Positions 57,701-64,000 of a DNA stretch of 64,000 bases are shown piece after piece. The translations under genes were made by a program, and so were the position numbers. The notes below the pieces were generated by a model. The model was not told the DNA's origin, did not search any database, and saw only the letters and a list, made by a program, of their open reading frames with translations. The DNA lies in assembly GCA_021324885.1 (NCBI GenBank), contig JAJPIF010000029.1, positions 1,078 through 65,077 of the forward strand, read 5' to 3'. Position 1 is the first letter of the stretch, and each line of letters starts with the position of its first letter. This stretch comes from Pseudomonadota bacterium (lineage in GTDB: Bacteria > Desulfobacterota > Binatia > Binatales > Binataceae).

Positions 57701-57932
57701 TGTGTTCGATCCCGTTGCCCAGGGTGAAGAACCGCTCGTAGCGGCTGGTGATGTCTTGTTCCATCGCAAGCGGCGCAAACCCCGGATAGAATGTCGCCAC
57801 CACCGCGGCCTTTATGTAAAGCCTCGGGAAAACGTCCACCGGCATTTGGGCAAACGCCATCACTCCGAGAATCGCGACCAGCAGCGCCGCGACAATTATC
57901 AAATGCGGGTTGCGTAACGAAAACTGTGGCAT
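54711..57932 (-). CDS. RND efflux transporter permease (AcrB/CzcA family)
   Basis: 1073 aa, 12-TM with two large periplasmic loops; typical N-terminus MPQFSLRNPHLIIVAALLVAILG. Confidence 0.93.
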   Translation of the reverse strand: MPQFSLRNPHLIIVAALLVAILGVMAFAQMPVDVFPRLYIKAAVVATFYPGFAPLAMEQDITSRYERFFTLGNGIEHIESRSIPGVSAITVYFHPNVNIGVGAANLATLAMGDLGLMPPGTLPPLVLEYNASSSIPVILVTVSGPYDETELQNEGRYNVRNFMATVEGASVPYPFGGKIRQIMAYVDRQKLQAQGITLEDVVNAVNETNQILPSGDAKIGPYDWYIYSNAQIPTPEALNHVPIKLGPSQSPTFFGDVGQAENAAQIQYNKVLIDGKPSVYIPIFKQTGANTLDVINGVKRAVSEVTGLPAKMKVGTLFSQEGTILDAVHALEHEAASGALLASLMILIFLGSLRSTFAIFLSIPLSILAGVVGLSLSGQTINLMTLGGFTLAIGRLIDDSTVVLENINRHLAMGKEPQQAAAEGAEEVTYAVLASTISTIVVFLPVVFLYGVSKYLFSALALAVFFSMAASYVVSMSIIPIYCARLLNPEEARQAAQREATGVDDRRGPLAAFDRGYERFARRFAQVLNRAMDHKLAVIGGALALFIASMFMFPLLGTRMFPETDAGKFVINITTPVGTRLELTEAAADKINQIIHKVIPPGDLENVIANLGVVPNISALYTPNSGEDTGQIMVALRSGHQRSTDYYERAVRAAIARQLPSVKTFFSSGSIIDAVLDFGALAPIDVQLSAPMSEDFLPMFDFARRIETRLGSVREVGQMMIKQVADYPTMYINVDRTKAARLGITERSVIRNLITAINSNDMIQPSIWIDPRNGDDYYLSAQYAEENIDSFQTLLDIPVGTRMGSNYHDYNYSTARPRSDTASGHEQSILLGDVANVQEMRYPSEADHYNIQRVVDVLISPRTSDLGGTLDAVMRALKELRPPRNVKVYFRGSVVNMQKTFKSMEGGFLLAVVVVYLVGVAQARSWLDPFIFLFSVPMGLIGVVWMLWATRTTINIESMMGVIVMIGIVVSNAILLIDFANQRRLAGHNLRDAAVEAARIRMRPILMTSLATIAGLAPLAMKLEAGSAASAPLARSVIGGLSVSLVMTLFLVPTVWELFYSLKRGRHETAPRP

Positions 57933-58428
57933 CGCTGATGCTGCTCCTCGTCCAAATCAGATATTGCAATTGCGCCCTTCCCTGACTGGATAAGGATCGA
58001 CTCTCTAAACCAGTTGGGGCAACCGATTGCTGGTGGCAAATGCGGTTTTTCCTTAGAGCAACGAACGCGCGGCCCTGGCGATGGTCTCGCTCGTCATCGG
58101 ATGCTGGCCGGGGAATTCAGCCAAATCGCGCGCTGTCAGCCCCCGGGCCACAGCCAGCTATCGAGAAGTGAAAGATTCGAAGGCAGGCGCAAACCTCACG
58201 CAACCAGCAGGACCATTTATCAATCGTTCTCCCTCACCGGGGACGTTGAGGGCGAAAGGCGCGATTCATAGGCTCGAGTATTACGCCGCGCAACCCTCAT
58301 TTAATAGCCGCTTAATTGGTTTCTCTTGACAAAACTACGGATATAAGAAAATTTTTTACGTGTTTTCGACAACCACTGTCGATTACTTATCGTAACGTGG
58401 CGAGTTCGCTCAAGGAGGGATTAGGCAA

Positions 58429-61401
58429 GTGCCAGTTGCATCAAACCGCCCGCGCTTCGCGATTGGACTCGTGCTCGCGACTGTCGCGGCTTTCCTCCTT
58501 GTGCCGCCGGCGCTCGCGCAGGTCAAACCTGCCTTCACCACCTACCCGCCCACCCCTGCGCATCGTGAAGCACCGGCGGCGACCAGCTGCCCTAACCAAA
58601 GCGGCATCGTGAGTTCGATTTCGGTCCCGGTCGGCAAACCGATCACGCTGGCGCTGGTCATCCCGGTCCCGGCTCCCGCGGGGGGCGCCAGCTTCCAATT
58701 ACAGTCTGAGGACCCTTCGATTGCGGCGGCGGGAGATCCGCGCCAGTCCTTTTTGCCCATTGTTACCGTCCCCGCCGGGATGACGGTGAGCAACACCTTT
58801 CAGGTCTTCGGGACCAAGGTTGGCGCCACCTACCTCGATTCGATCGCGCTGACGCCCGGGTTCGTAAACAATTCCGAGCCGCTGGGGGCGTGGGATGTAA
58901 ATCCGCAATCGGGCACCAACGGCAGCAAATTTCTGGATGCCAACCCGCCGGTCGATCTGACTGCCAGCCCGCCGGTCAACACCTGCCGCGCCCCGGGGAG
59001 TCCGACTTTATCGACCGATCCCAGCGTGTTGTCCACCTGCGGAAAAACGGTCAACGCGGCAGCGACTGACGGCGTCACCCAACTGCTGATGCGAATGGTA
59101 TCGGGCCTGTCGGGGACCGCGTGCTATCAGATTGTCAGCTCCGGAACCGAGGTGGGGAGCGTCTCGACCGGGGTCGTATCGACGCAGAGCGTTAATTCAT
59201 CCAATTACGCCTTTTCTTTTTACCAGACGCCAGGTTTCTTCGGCGACACCTCCGACACACGCCAGGTGATGGTGCAGTTCAGCTTCACGCCCAGCCTCGG
59301 CTACGGCAACACCTCCAGCTTCACGGTTCCGCTGACGCTGGTGCGGCCGCCGCTGCTGCTGGTGCATGGCTTGTGGTCCAGCCGCAAAGGCTGGAGTTCT
59401 TTCTGGACGCGCAGCCCGGGCAGCGCCTATGTAACCTTCGCGGCCGATTACGAACCCACCAACGCGGCCAGCTTCAGCACCAACTATCCCAAGGTTCAGG
59501 GGTTTGTTGCCACGACTCTCAACGAGGCGCGCAAGGCGTTGATTGCGGCCACGCAGGTGGACGTGGTGGCGCACAGTATGGGGGGGATCCTGACGCGCTT
59601 GTACGCGAACAACACCTCGATGTTTATCCGGCCCGACAACTACAACAAGGGCGACATCCATCGCATCGTCACGCTCGACACACCTCATGGCGGCAGTTCG
59701 TTCGGCAATCTGCTGGTAATGCTGCACAGTGAGGATCCCACCGATCTTGAAACAACTGTCCGGGGCCTGACCCATGGCAGCGTCGTCAACGGCGCGGTCT
59801 GCGATCTTTCTGAAAACAGCCCGGGACTCGAACCGCTCAGCAGCGCAACCAACGTGATGTCGCAGGTGGTCACGGCGACTGGCGGTCCGATCGGTTCTTT
59901 CTGGGACGGCGTCGGTCCCTTGCATCTGGCCTCGTTCCAGGCGGCCCTGACCAAGACCAGGTGCGTGAAAAGAAACATCTTTTTTGTATGTACGGAATCG
60001 CAGCCGGTGTTCGACCCGACCACCGTCAGCGCATTCGAGTTCACCCATCCCAATGACGCGATCATTGCGTTGTGCGCGCAGCAGGGCGGGCTGGGCGGGC
60101 CGTGTACGCTGGCGGGTCCGGATAGTCCGAGTCCGGGCTCGTTCAACTTCCCCAACCTGATCCATTTTGGAGCCGACCTTTTCTTCTTCCAACTGGTTGC
60201 GGGAGTCACCAACACCAGCGCGGTCGGTAGCGCCGTGTTCCCGCTGCTCGACGGCCCCAACAGCGGCTTTGCCACCTCGATTCCCGGAATGGCATCAAAC
60301 GGCACGGGAGTTCCAATCACGGTTGCCGGACGCGGCGCCGGGGTGGACGGCCCCGCCTATGCGAGCCAATGCATAACGGGCGCTCCGCCGCCGATGAAGA
60401 CCAACCTTTCGTCTCTGTTGGCGACGCAGGAAAGGACCAATGTGCGGATGAACAGCCCGATTGCTCAAACCGCCAGCGGCGATTCACGGGTCACAATCAC
60501 GTCGCCCACCAACGGCCAGGTATTTGCTCCCGGCGCGTCGGTGACGGTGAATGTCTCAATCGCCAGCGGCTTGCTGGCCAACGATGTCTCGGTCCTGATC
60601 CCGATGATTGGAAGTCAGGAGGGGGTCAATTACAACGGTTCGACCTACCAGGTCACCTTTACGATTCCCGATACGGTAGCGGGCCCCTTCCAACTGACTC
60701 CCATCATCACCGACACCAGCAACAACACTATCGTCGGCGTGGCCACTACGATTGCGGTGCGGCCGACCACGCCGCCAGTCAGTATCACGCTGAGCCAGTC
60801 CGACTATGTGCTTACCGCCGTGGGAGCGACCGAGCGGATCGACGTGATTGGGAATTACGGCGGCGGCGTTCAGCGCGACCTGACTTCGGCGGAATCGGGC
60901 ACCACTTACACTTCGAGCAATACCGGCGTCATCACAGTGGACAGTGAAGGCAATGTCACAGCGGCCGGCTTTGGCACCGCGTCGGTCACGGTCAACAATG
61001 GCGGCGTCACGGCATTTGCGACCTTCACGGTCGAAAACCCCAGCCTTCTGCTGGCTCCGCAGGACGTCACCTCCCAGGTCGTCATCATCAGCCAGGGTTT
61101 CCGGGTGGATCGCAACACCGGATTTTTCGATCAGGCGGTGCAATTGAACGCCGGATCATTGCCGGTGATCGGTCCGCTTTACGTCGTACTGACCGGCCTG
61201 CCGGCGGGAGTGACGCTGGTCGGCGCCGGCACCACGCAGGGCATCGCGCCGGTGGGCAGCCCCTATTTCGCGTTGACGCTGCCCAATGGCTCGAGCCTGG
61301 CCCCGGGGAACGGCGAGACCATGGTGTTGCAGTTCCTCAATCCCGAGCGCGTGCAGATCGCGTACACACCAAAACTGTACAGAACCTCGGCCACGCCCTG
61401 A
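58429..61401 (+). CDS. Secreted multidomain protein: lipase_2-like alpha/beta hydrolase core plus bacterial Ig-like (Big_2) domains
   Basis: GTG start after AAGGAGGG; signal peptide; VVAHSMGGILTRLY nucleophile elbow resembling Bacillus LipA; Big_2-like segment GTTYTSSNTGVITVDSEGNVTAAGFGTASVTV. Confidence 0.7.
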   Translation: MPVASNRPRFAIGLVLATVAAFLLVPPALAQVKPAFTTYPPTPAHREAPAATSCPNQSGIVSSISVPVGKPITLALVIPVPAPAGGASFQLQSEDPSIAAAGDPRQSFLPIVTVPAGMTVSNTFQVFGTKVGATYLDSIALTPGFVNNSEPLGAWDVNPQSGTNGSKFLDANPPVDLTASPPVNTCRAPGSPTLSTDPSVLSTCGKTVNAAATDGVTQLLMRMVSGLSGTACYQIVSSGTEVGSVSTGVVSTQSVNSSNYAFSFYQTPGFFGDTSDTRQVMVQFSFTPSLGYGNTSSFTVPLTLVRPPLLLVHGLWSSRKGWSSFWTRSPGSAYVTFAADYEPTNAASFSTNYPKVQGFVATTLNEARKALIAATQVDVVAHSMGGILTRLYANNTSMFIRPDNYNKGDIHRIVTLDTPHGGSSFGNLLVMLHSEDPTDLETTVRGLTHGSVVNGAVCDLSENSPGLEPLSSATNVMSQVVTATGGPIGSFWDGVGPLHLASFQAALTKTRCVKRNIFFVCTESQPVFDPTTVSAFEFTHPNDAIIALCAQQGGLGGPCTLAGPDSPSPGSFNFPNLIHFGADLFFFQLVAGVTNTSAVGSAVFPLLDGPNSGFATSIPGMASNGTGVPITVAGRGAGVDGPAYASQCITGAPPPMKTNLSSLLATQERTNVRMNSPIAQTASGDSRVTITSPTNGQVFAPGASVTVNVSIASGLLANDVSVLIPMIGSQEGVNYNGSTYQVTFTIPDTVAGPFQLTPIITDTSNNTIVGVATTIAVRPTTPPVSITLSQSDYVLTAVGATERIDVIGNYGGGVQRDLTSAESGTTYTSSNTGVITVDSEGNVTAAGFGTASVTVNNGGVTAFATFTVENPSLLLAPQDVTSQVVIISQGFRVDRNTGFFDQAVQLNAGSLPVIGPLYVVLTGLPAGVTLVGAGTTQGIAPVGSPYFALTLPNGSSLAPGNGETMVLQFLNPERVQIAYTPKLYRTSATP

Positions 61402-61434
61402 TCCAGCGTCCACGAGCACACACGGCAGGCGAAG

Positions 61435-63057
61435 ATGAAAAGATATGCAATGCTGGCGGGTGTGGTAACCGCGCTGATCAGCGCCGTCGCGTGGGCGTCG
61501 AGTTACCAGATCACCGTCAATACCACTCCAATCCAAGGGCAGTCGGGCTTTATAGTTTTCGATTTCGTGGCAGGCAGCCCGCCGCAAAAGAACACCGCGA
61601 CAATTCAGAACTTCACCACTGACGCCACGCTGGGCAGCAGCACTCCGAGCGGCTCGGTAACCGGCACCTTGAGTCCCGGACCACTGACTTTCAGCGACAC
61701 CAGTTTTCTCAACGAATGGGAGCAGCAGGCCACTTTCGGCGCCACTATGTCATTCGACTTGTCGGTTACCACCAACAATCAGTCCGGCGCTATCCCCGAT
61801 GAGTTTTCCTTTTATCTGCTGAATTCAAACCAGCTTCCCTACATGACGACCGATCCGACCGGCGCCGACGCGCTGATTGCCCTGGACATAAACAGCGCCA
61901 ATCCGGTGCTGCAGGTTTACAGTTCGACCTTCGCTTCGGTGATCACGCCAACCGCGACCGCAACACCGACGCCGACCCCGACCGCGACCGGAACGCCGAC
62001 CCCAACCCCTGCACCCACATCCACCGGCACCAGTACTCCGACGGCAACGCCGACGCCGATTACGACAGCCGCCCCGACGCCGACTCCGCTGGCTCCCTTT
62101 ATTTCCAGCGTGCCGCCGGTAATCCTGGTCGGCAGCAGCTTCACTATCACGGGCACGGATTTCACCGCCGGGTCGCGGGTTAATTTCTTCGTCGCGACCT
62201 CCGCCGGTCCGTTCAATGGCGGTCCGTTGACCCCGAGTTCTCACACTCCGACCCAGCTAATCGTGCCGGTCCCCGCAACTATCACCCTGGGCGAGGGATT
62301 TGTCGCCGTCGAGGTGGTAAACACCGACCAGGGATACGTGAGTTCCAACCTGTCAGCAGCGCTGCTCCAGGGTTACGCTCCGGCGGGAATCCCCAGCCTG
62401 ACCTCGATCAACGGCAAGGGGCTGGCGGCCACCAGTTCCAACCCAAGCTACGCGATCGACAACGTGGAGACAGTAGTGCCGCAGGGAGCCGTCGTGACGC
62501 TGGGCGGCAATGGGTTTGATACGGCAAATGGGGTCGCCGTTGATCTCTTCTGCGCATGCACGGGCGGCAAAGTGGGCCCGTTCTTCATCAATCCCGGGAA
62601 TTCGGGCCTCACTTCCACGTCGATCAGCTTCACGATTCCGGCGACGGGTCCGATGGCGCCGGTGACCGGCCCAGGCTCATTCGTCGTAAGCAATGCCGGC
62701 GTTTCTCACAGTTACGCGGTAAAGAGCAACGCGGTCTCGGTGCCGATCGGCCAGCCGATATCGATCAGCTCGGTGACGCAGTCGGGCACCACGATCACCG
62801 TCAACGGCACGGGATTCTCGACCCTGACGGTGATCAATTTCTTCAACACGCAGTCGGGCGGCGTCGTCAACCTGGGCGGGCTCAATGCGGGTGGTGCGCC
62901 GAAGATTCCGCTGACCCTGGTCAATTCCAACCAGTTCACCTTCACCGAGCCGGCCGGCGCGATGGCGGGCGCATCTTACGTGCAGGCTTTCAATCCACCG
63001 TTCGTGCCCTTCACCAGCACGGGCAGCGAACCCGGCGGCGCGTTTACGTTGAAGTGA
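61435..63057 (+). CDS. Secreted protein with N-terminal unknown domain, Pro/Thr linker and three IPT/TIG-like repeats
   Basis: Signal peptide MKRYAMLAGVVTALISAVAWA; repeats FTITGTDFTAGSRVNFF / TLGGNGFDTANGVAVDLF / ITVNGTGFSTLTVINFF. Confidence 0.65.
   Translation: MKRYAMLAGVVTALISAVAWASSYQITVNTTPIQGQSGFIVFDFVAGSPPQKNTATIQNFTTDATLGSSTPSGSVTGTLSPGPLTFSDTSFLNEWEQQATFGATMSFDLSVTTNNQSGAIPDEFSFYLLNSNQLPYMTTDPTGADALIALDINSANPVLQVYSSTFASVITPTATATPTPTPTATGTPTPTPAPTSTGTSTPTATPTPITTAAPTPTPLAPFISSVPPVILVGSSFTITGTDFTAGSRVNFFVATSAGPFNGGPLTPSSHTPTQLIVPVPATITLGEGFVAVEVVNTDQGYVSSNLSAALLQGYAPAGIPSLTSINGKGLAATSSNPSYAIDNVETVVPQGAVVTLGGNGFDTANGVAVDLFCACTGGKVGPFFINPGNSGLTSTSISFTIPATGPMAPVTGPGSFVVSNAGVSHSYAVKSNAVSVPIGQPISISSVTQSGTTITVNGTGFSTLTVINFFNTQSGGVVNLGGLNAGGAPKIPLTLVNSNQFTFTEPAGAMAGASYVQAFNPPFVPFTSTGSEPGGAFTLK
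61925..62095 (+). repeat. Low-complexity tandem ACGCCGACC-type repeats encoding a (T/A)PT linker
   Basis: TPTATATPTPTPTATGTPTPTPAPTSTGTSTPTATPTPITTAAPTPTP seen in translation. Confidence 0.6.
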
Positions 63058-63208
63058 CGTGGAGACAACGCTGAGTAACGGGCAAAACAAATGAACGCGC
63101 CGCTTTAACCTGAACTGTCGGTCACCCTTACTGGGAACCGCGCAGGGCCGCCGAGCTTGCGGGTGATCGGCGGGCCGCGGTATGAAAATTCCGCAGAGGT
63201 CCAAATCC

Positions 63209-63559
63209 ATGCGGCTTTTTCGTTTATATACCGGTGACGACCAACAATCCCATCTGCAGGAACTCAAAATTCCCTTCGCTCCCGGACCATCAGCCGAACA
63301 GGCGCCGATGCAGCAGGCGCACGGTGTGACTTTCACCCGGATGGCGCCGGGGGCCTTCATGGATTGGCACAATGCGCCGCGCCGCCAGTACGTGATTACG
63401 CTTCAGGGCGCGGTCGAGATCGGCCTTGGCGACGGCAGCGTCCATCGCTTCGGTCCGGGCGAAGGCGTTCTGGCCGAAGATCTCACTGGCAAGGGCCATA
63501 CGACGAGATCGGTCGGCAGCGAGCCGCGGATCATGATGATCGTTGCGCTCAAGGACTGA
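63209..63559 (+). CDS. Cupin-fold small protein
   Basis: Size and Gly/His-rich beta-barrel pattern; weak. Confidence 0.5.
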   Translation: MRLFRLYTGDDQQSHLQELKIPFAPGPSAEQAPMQQAHGVTFTRMAPGAFMDWHNAPRRQYVITLQGAVEIGLGDGSVHRFGPGEGVLAEDLTGKGHTTRSVGSEPRIMMIVALKD

Positions 63560-63600
63560 GGCGGGAAACCCGCTCATACGGACGCCTAAAATATCGGCGC

Positions 63601-64000
63601 ATGAAGTTCGGGCTTCACTATCAGCTGCCCTGTTTCGGCTTGCAGTCGCCGGTCCAGCGCTACCGCGACACCCTGGAGCAATCGGTGCACGCCGAGGCGC
63701 TGGGATTCGAATCGGTCTGGCCGGTGGAGCAGCATTTCAATGCCGACCTTTCGATCACGCCGGCGCCGCTGCTGCTGCTGGCCGCGCTGAGCGAAAGAAC
63801 GACAACGCTGCGGCTGGGAATCGCGATCGTGCTGCTGCCGTTATCGCATCCGATACGAATCGCGGAGGAAATCGCCACCTTGGACGTGCTCAGCAACGGC
63901 CGGGTGGAATTCGGAATCGGCCGCGGCGCAATCCCGGCTCATTTTTCCGGCTTTGGGGTGGCGCAGGCGGAAAGCCGCGAGCGGTTTGACGAGGCGCTGG
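63601..64000 (+). CDS. LLM-class (luciferase-like) flavin-dependent oxidoreductase, partial (continues past window end)
   Basis: Hand translation MKFGLHYQLPCFGL...ALGFESVWPVEQHF...RLGIAIVLLPLSHPIRIAEEIATLDVLSNGRVEFGIGRG; not in track because no stop in window. Confidence 0.8.
   Translation, partial: MKFGLHYQLPCFGLQSPVQRYRDTLEQSVHAEALGFESVWPVEQHFNADLSITPAPLLLLAALSERTTTLRLGIAIVLLPLSHPIRIAEEIATLDVLSNGRVEFGIGRGAIPAHFSGFGVAQAESRERFDEAL

Noticed and set aside
58040-58145. Minus-strand 34-codon open frame ending ...VARGLTARDLAEFPGQHPMTSETIARAARSLL* with faint HTH-like look
   Set aside because: Preceded immediately by an in-frame TAG, no plausible start codon or RBS, too short; possibly a decayed fragment but unsupported.
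1-64000. CRISPR arrays, rRNA or tRNA genes
   Set aside because: No regularly spaced direct repeats, no rRNA-like conserved stretches and no cloverleaf-compatible tRNA candidates were seen anywhere in the window.

Overview
This is a high-GC bacterial chromosomal segment in which almost every long ORF in the supplied track on the strand opposite a real gene is spurious antisense; coding strand was decided by recognisable protein motifs. Ordinary genes: a partial MFS transporter whose 3' end runs off position 1, an ABC-2 exporter pair, a class-I DAHP synthase, pncB, a LarA-family racemase next to a TetR regulator, argH, an RND efflux pump, a partial LLM oxidoreductase at the right edge. Positions 15.8-28.1 kb on the minus strand hold a complete alternative complex III (monoheme cyt c, then actABCDEF) followed directly by a caa3-type cytochrome oxidase (ctaC, fused ctaD/E, subunit IV, ctaG). 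Positions ~11-50 kb are dominated by a catabolic region with nine family-III (CaiB/BaiF) CoA-transferase domains in seven genes, two of them tandem-fused ~780-aa genes. It also carries three paralogous amidohydrolase-2 genes, LLM/F420-type oxidoreductases, an extradiol dioxygenase, an SMP-30 lactonase, a nitroreductase, an SDR and NTF2/EthD/cupin small proteins. There is a clear segmental duplication of an amidohydrolase plus CoA-transferase-pair module. Accessory or odd items: a lower-GC two-gene module between aroG and pncB; a strong intrinsic-terminator hairpin immediately upstream of the ABC transporter start; a NIPSNAP-like gene interrupted by one in-frame TAA; a small Cys-rich unannotated ORF; a decayed island at ~50.7-53.3 kb (methyltransferase C-terminal remnant, MNT/HEPN toxin-antitoxin pair, DUF2283, IS5-family transposase remnant, truncated TauE/SafE); and two large tandem secreted proteins (lipase-like plus Ig-like domains; TIG-repeat protein with Pro/Thr linker) behind an AT-rich promoter. 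No rRNA, tRNA or CRISPR array was found.
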